A stretch of DNA of 64,000 nt from Cetorhinus maximus (lineage: Eukaryota): positions 96,224,001 to 96,288,000 of the forward strand of contig NC_135884.1 of assembly GCF_964194155.1 (NCBI RefSeq), given 5' to 3'. Below are positions 58,988 through 64,000 of the stretch, piece after piece. The position numbers and the translations under genes were made by a program. Below the pieces are notes generated by a model. It did no database searches, was not told where the DNA came from, and saw only the letters and a program-made list of their open reading frames with translations. The stretch's first letter is position 1. The number at the start of each line of letters is the position of its first letter.

Positions 58988-59467
58988 GGGTGCACACGGT
59001 CCAAATGTCACCTGTACTCCTGGTTCCTGACACTGATCAGACAAAACTGATCAATTCTCATCTCTCCAAAGACTGGGGCTTTGAAACGTGCTGCCCATTG
59101 GAAGCACAACATCAATGTAAACTCTGTTAGACATCAAAACAGGTGAGAAATCCCTGGGACACAGGATCTGGCAGAGCAATGAGAAACCAGCAAATATCCA
59201 AAACAGAGAGTGCAGTCCTGGATTCGCCCGCACTGTGGGGGTGAAACGTGTTGCAGACGCTCAGACACACGCTGACTCCACAGGAAATGTTGGGAAATTG
59301 CTGTCATTGAGAAATCTTTTTGGGCCGTGTTGTGAGTGAAGGAGCCGGGTGCAATTCAAACTTTCAGCCGCTGAATCACTTCGGTGCCCCGTGTGCATTC
59401 AGCCCGGACAGACCCGCCCCTTCCCCGCTTCTGCAGCCGGTTCCCCACCGATCACAAGCCCATAAAA
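58988..59467 (+). promoter_or_regulatory. MT copy 6 promoter with distal and proximal MREs
   Basis: Overlapping double core GGGTGCACAC 58988-58997, GAGTGCA 59208-59214, GGGTGCA 59347-59353, GTGTGCA 59391-59397, a GC box, and CATAAAA 59461-59467. Confidence 0.85.
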
Positions 59468-59549
59468 CTCGGCTCCGATTCAGCAAACGGCACAAGATCG
59501 AGAAGTGCTGATTGGGTGACGGCTCGAAGCTGAAGAAAAAGTTCCTGAA

Positions 59550-60405
59550 ATGTCTGACTCGAAGCCCTGTGTGTGCCTGGATGGTGAGTGGTGACTGGTG
59601 TCAGTCCTTTCAGCACAGTGTCCCGGCTCAGTCTCACTGAGGGGCTGCAGCATTGTAGGGGAGGCTGTTTCTGAAAGTCACTGGAGAAGAGAATGTGACA
59701 AAGAGCCGGGCCTCCTCCACACGGGGGGCATTTCTCAGGGTTTTCCCACAACTCAGTGTCTGTGTTTTTCCTGTTTTCAGGATCCTGCTCCTGTGAAAAC
59801 ACCTGCAGGTGCTCCGACTGCCGATGTCCCAGCAGCAAAGCTGGACGCTGCCGGAAAAGTGAGTAACTGTGGGAGAGTTTAAAACTCCTCACATTGTATT
59901 TATGTGACAGATAGTTCTGGGCAGAACTCAGAGAGGACCACGATAGAAAAGTACAAGATCCAAGATTTCACCTGATTTATTTCCCATCAGATTTATTCAA
60001 TGTCCAATCGAAAGAATCTGGAGACAGGAACCCTGCTGGTTAAAGAAGTGTCTTAGTTTTACATCAGGAAGTGTTGATATTATAGACTTCTCACTAGAAA
60101 TAGTGTTGTAGAGACAGTGACAGTTACATCTTCACCCAAAGTCTCACACACACAGTGTTGTGATGCTGAGCCTCTTCAGATGGGTAACTTGGAGGTATGA
60201 CAGAGATTAGTTTGTGAGGGAGGTGCTGGGGGCTGTAATGGGAGGCCCTGGGGGTGTTTCAGTGAATTCATTCATTGTTCCTGATTTCTGTCTTTGTCCT
60301 CTCCTCTCAGGTTGCTGCCCTTGCTGTCCTGCAGGATGCACGAACTGCGCCAATGGCTGTGTGTGTAAAGGGAATCCCTCTGACAAATGTAGCTGCTGTT
60401 CCTGA
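59550..60405 (+). CDS. mt: Metallothionein copy 6 (3 exons, 68 aa, S41P variant)
   Basis: Exons 59550-59583, 59781-59858 and 60311-60405. The alpha domain starts CCPCC. AATAAA 60565-60570. Confidence 0.96.
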
Positions 60406-60949
60406 ACAACAGGCCCTTCAGGCACAATAGATGAAATATTGTCCTTTTGTATTGTATTCCACAAGCTGCATGTCCTCAGTGTCTATATCCTGATAAGTTG
60501 TGTGTATATAAGAATCAATAACCGTGAATAAGTTGTTTCCAAAATGATATTTTTTAAAAGTGTAAATAAAAAATCTACTTCAATTCCTGTGATGAGTCAT
60601 TCTCTTCCTTAATGAAATGACATTTCCAATGACATTACAACATGTGGGGAATGAGTTGACCACATTGCAGAAAATGGTGCTTTGGCATATGCTACCATCT
60701 GGAGCAGTTTGGTGGAAGAGGTTAAAGAAAGTGATGATGCAGCAGCATGGGAAATGGCCAAGTGAATGATGTGATGGTGTTGTTCAGTCAGAAGATTCAT
60801 GTCAGTTGGGAGGGTACTTAAATCTCCAACATCAAACCAGTAAATGATGGGAGCTGAGATAATAGGGTCTCTGTTCCCATGTTGTGATCCAGTTTGCCAC
60901 ACTGCCATGTTCCTGAGGAACACCACAGGGCAGAGGAAAATAAAATTGA

Positions 60950-61540
60950 AGACTTTTTCATTTATATAGCATCTCTCATAACTACAGGACCTCTCAAACT
61001 CCAGACAATGAAGTATTTTTGACATGTCTGTCACTTGGTAGCACCCTTGCTGCTGGATTAAGAGGTTGTGGTTGCAACTCTCAGTGCAGGGCCTGAGCAC
61101 AAAAATGAAGTCTGAAACTCCAGTGCAGTACCGAGGGAGTGCCACACACTATGAAGTGCAGTCCTTTCAATGAGACGTTAGTCACTGTTCAAGGTGTGAA
61201 ACGTGGTGGCCAATTTGTTTAAAGTCCACAAACAGTAATATGATAATGAGCAGATAATCTGTTTTTGTAATGTTGATTGAGCAATAAATATTAACCAGGA
61301 CATCAGGAACAACTCTCTTGCTCTTCTTCAAAATAGTGCCATGGGATCTTCAACATCAAATCAAGGATGTCGATGGGGGCTTGTTTTAACATCTCATCCA
61401 TAGAACAGCATTCCTAACAGTGCAGCACTCTCTCAGTACTGCACTGGTGTATCAGTCTTGATTTTTATGCTTAAGTCCTGGAGTGGGGCTTGCACCCAGC
61501 ATCTTGTGTCTCAGGGGCAAGAGTGCTACCAACTGGCACA
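60950..61540. mobile_element. SINE fragments (DeuSINE-like) in both orientations
   Basis: Forward head at ~61035-61180 nested in a reverse-oriented body similar to 5660-6145. Confidence 0.6.
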
Positions 61541-61774
61541 CAATAAATCCTAACATAACACAGAATTCCAACTCTTGATCATACTAAAACATGAGAATTG
61601 AAATAAGTCAGTCAATTCCTTTTTAAAAAATCTGTGCTACATTCATAAATTTTGTAAAAGTACATTACATAACAGTTCAAACATGGCATTTTAAAAATGC
61701 CGTATATTGTTTTATCCTTATATACAGAACTTGCAAATCTGAGGCACCTGACTACACTTACATGTTGTATTTAC

Positions 61775-63288
61775 GAACATAAGCAGGAAGAGCAGGAGTG
61801 GGCCATTCAGCCCTTGAGCCTGCTATGCCATTTGATAAGATCATGGCTCATCTGAATGTGGCTTCACATCCAAATTCTGCCTGCTCCTGATAACCTTTGA
61901 CTGCCTTGTTAGTCAAGAATCTATCTACCTCTGCCTTAAAACTTTCATTGACCCTGCCTCCACCACTCTCTGGGGGAGAGAGTTTCAAAGACTTACGTCA
62001 CTCTGAGAGAAAACAATGTCTTCTAATCTCCATCTTCAATGGGAGACACCTTATTTTTAAACTGAGTCCCCTAGCTCTAGTCTCCCCCTCTCCCTCCTTT
62101 CAGCATCTACCCTGTCAAGTTCCCTCAGCGTCTTCTGTTTCAGTAAGATTAGCTTTCAGTCTTCTAAACTCCAATGGATACAGGCTCAGCCTGTCCAACC
62201 TTTCTCTCTAAGATAAATCCCCACCCCCCCACCACCATCCCAGGAATCAAGCAAGTGAACCTTCTCTCAACTGCTTCTAACGCATGCACATCCTTTCTTA
62301 AATAAGGACACAAAAACTGTGCACAGTACCCCAGATGTGGTCTCACCAATGTCATTTACAACTGGAGCAAAACATCTCTACTTATATATTCCATTCCCCT
62401 TGCAGTAAACAACAACATTCCATTTGCCCTCCGAATCACTTGCTGCATCTGCATAATAACTTTTCCTAATTCATGCATCAGGAAACCCAGAGCCCTCTGT
62501 ACCTCAGAGTTCTGCAGTCCCCATCCATTTAAATAATTTACTGCCATTCTATTCTTCCTGAAAAAGTGGAGAAGTTCACATTTTCCACCATTATAAGCCT
62601 TCTGCCAAATTTTTGTCCACCTACTTAACCTACCTATGTCCCTTTGCAAATTCCTTATGTCCCCTTCACAACTTAATTTTCTACTTATTTTTGTGCCATC
62701 AGCAAATTTAGCAACCATCAATTTTGTCCCTTCATCCAATTCATTGATAAAAATTGTAAATAGCTGAGACGCCAGCACTGATCACTGTGGCACTCCACTC
62801 ATCACATCTTGGCAACCTGAAAAAGTCTAGTTAATAACTATTCTCTGTTTCCTGATAGCTGACCAATCCTCTGCCCATGCTAGTATATCACCCGCTATAT
62901 GATGAGCTCTTATTTAGTGTAGTAACCTTTAATTTTGCAATTTTTCAAATGTATTCTGGAAATCTAAGTAAAACACATCCACAGGTTCCCCTTTATCCAC
63001 GTTGTTTGTTACTCCCCTCAAAGAACTCCAATAAATTAGTCAAACATGATTTCAGTTTCACAAAACCACATTGTCTCTGCTTGATTGCACTGGAAGTTTC
63101 GAAGTGCCCTGCTATAACCTCCTTAATAATAGATTCCAGCAATTTCCGTATCACAGATGTCAAGTTAACTGGCCTGTAGTTTCCTGCTTCCTGTCTCCTT
63201 CCTTTCTAGAATAGAGGAGTTATATTCACTATTTTCCAATCTGATGGGACATTTCCAGAATCCAGGGAATTTGGGAAAATTAAAAACA
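61775..63288 (-). mobile_element. CR1 LINE RT and 3' end
   Basis: ORFs 62356-62778 (AKFADGTKI) and 62164-62355 (LVRPHLGYCAQF). Confidence 0.85.
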
Positions 63289-63289
63289 A

Positions 63290-63363
63290 TGCCTGCTGAG
63301 TTTTTCCAGGTAATTCTGTATTTGTTTTGGATTTCCAGCATCCGCAGTAGTTTGTTTGTTTTC
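63290..63363 (+). mobile_element. Penelope terminal (3' end) remnant
   Basis: CCTGCTGAGTTTTTCCAGGTAATTCTG...GGATTTCCAGCATCCGCAGTAGTTT matches 50130-50200. Confidence 0.8.
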
Positions 63364-64000
63364 ACATTGATGAGGTGCTTCCAATGGGCAGCACGTTTCA
63401 AAGCCCCAGTCTTTGGAGAGATGAGAATTGATCAGTTTTGTCTGATCAGTGTGAGGAGCCAGGAGTACAGATGACCTTTGGACTGTGTGCACCCTCCTGT
63501 CGGTTTAAAGGCTGAATTTCTGTATACAGTAACAACTTGTATTTCTATAGAGCCTTTAGTATCATAAAAACATCCGAAGACACTTCACTGGAAATTTATA
63601 AGGCACCAATTGTGAAAACTAGGTTGTGATTTCTAAATGATGTGAGTTGAGGGCGAGGGCGGGGGGATAAGTGAGGATAAGAGGTGGGCTGGTAGAACGG
63701 GTTGAAGCTGCAGAGGCACCTGATGAGATAAGTCAGAAAGGTAGATGGAGGCCATTCAGCCTGTTCATTCTTGGACAAAGAAGTCAGTGAGCTCCTGGTA
63801 CTGATTGTTGGAGGTGAGGGTGGAGTCGGCAAGGTGGAGGGGTTTAGAAATATGGTTTGTGGTACAGAACAGGTGTTAGGGGTTAACTTTACATTCCAGG
63901 GTGATCCTGGAGTAGTGAACAGTTTTAACAGACTCATTATTGTGTAATTTCCTGCAGCAATATCAGGAGGTGAATGGGTACACCAATTACCCACCTGTCC
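63364..64000 (+). repeat. Start of another MT spacer copy (the cluster continues beyond the window)
   Basis: Colinear with 22174-22830, with the same pseudo-ORF MGNW.THSPPDIAAGNYT. Confidence 0.88.

Overview
Eukaryotic, repeat-rich DNA that looks like a cartilaginous-fish (shark-like) genome. This is inferred from the 68-aa elasmobranch-type metallothionein and from the CR1/L2 LINE, Penelope and tRNA-derived SINE content. Nearly all ORFs in the six-frame track are retroelement debris or spurious. The real content is (1) the CpG-rich promoter and probable first coding exon of usb1 on the minus strand near 4.8 kb, and (2) an amplified cluster of six intact, near-identical three-exon metallothionein (MT) genes in orientation -,+,+,+,-,+, with a probable further unit starting at the right edge. 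The cluster keeps a readable record of how it was built. A head-to-head MT pair with a ~3 kb spacer sits at 55-60.4 kb. Three ~9.5 kb tandem units are joined by chimaeric Penelope-like elements, which points to unequal crossing-over between two different Penelope copies. Each unit begins with a gene-less, MRE-rich MT promoter fragment trapped in the loop of an inverted repeat with ~256-bp arms. There is an orphan MT 3' flank left by a lost gene, and gene bodies are homogenised while their flanks are diverged. The Penelope 3' UTRs carry minimal hammerhead-ribozyme-like motifs. All alignments were done by eye; repeat boundaries are approximate, while MT exon coordinates were checked base by base.
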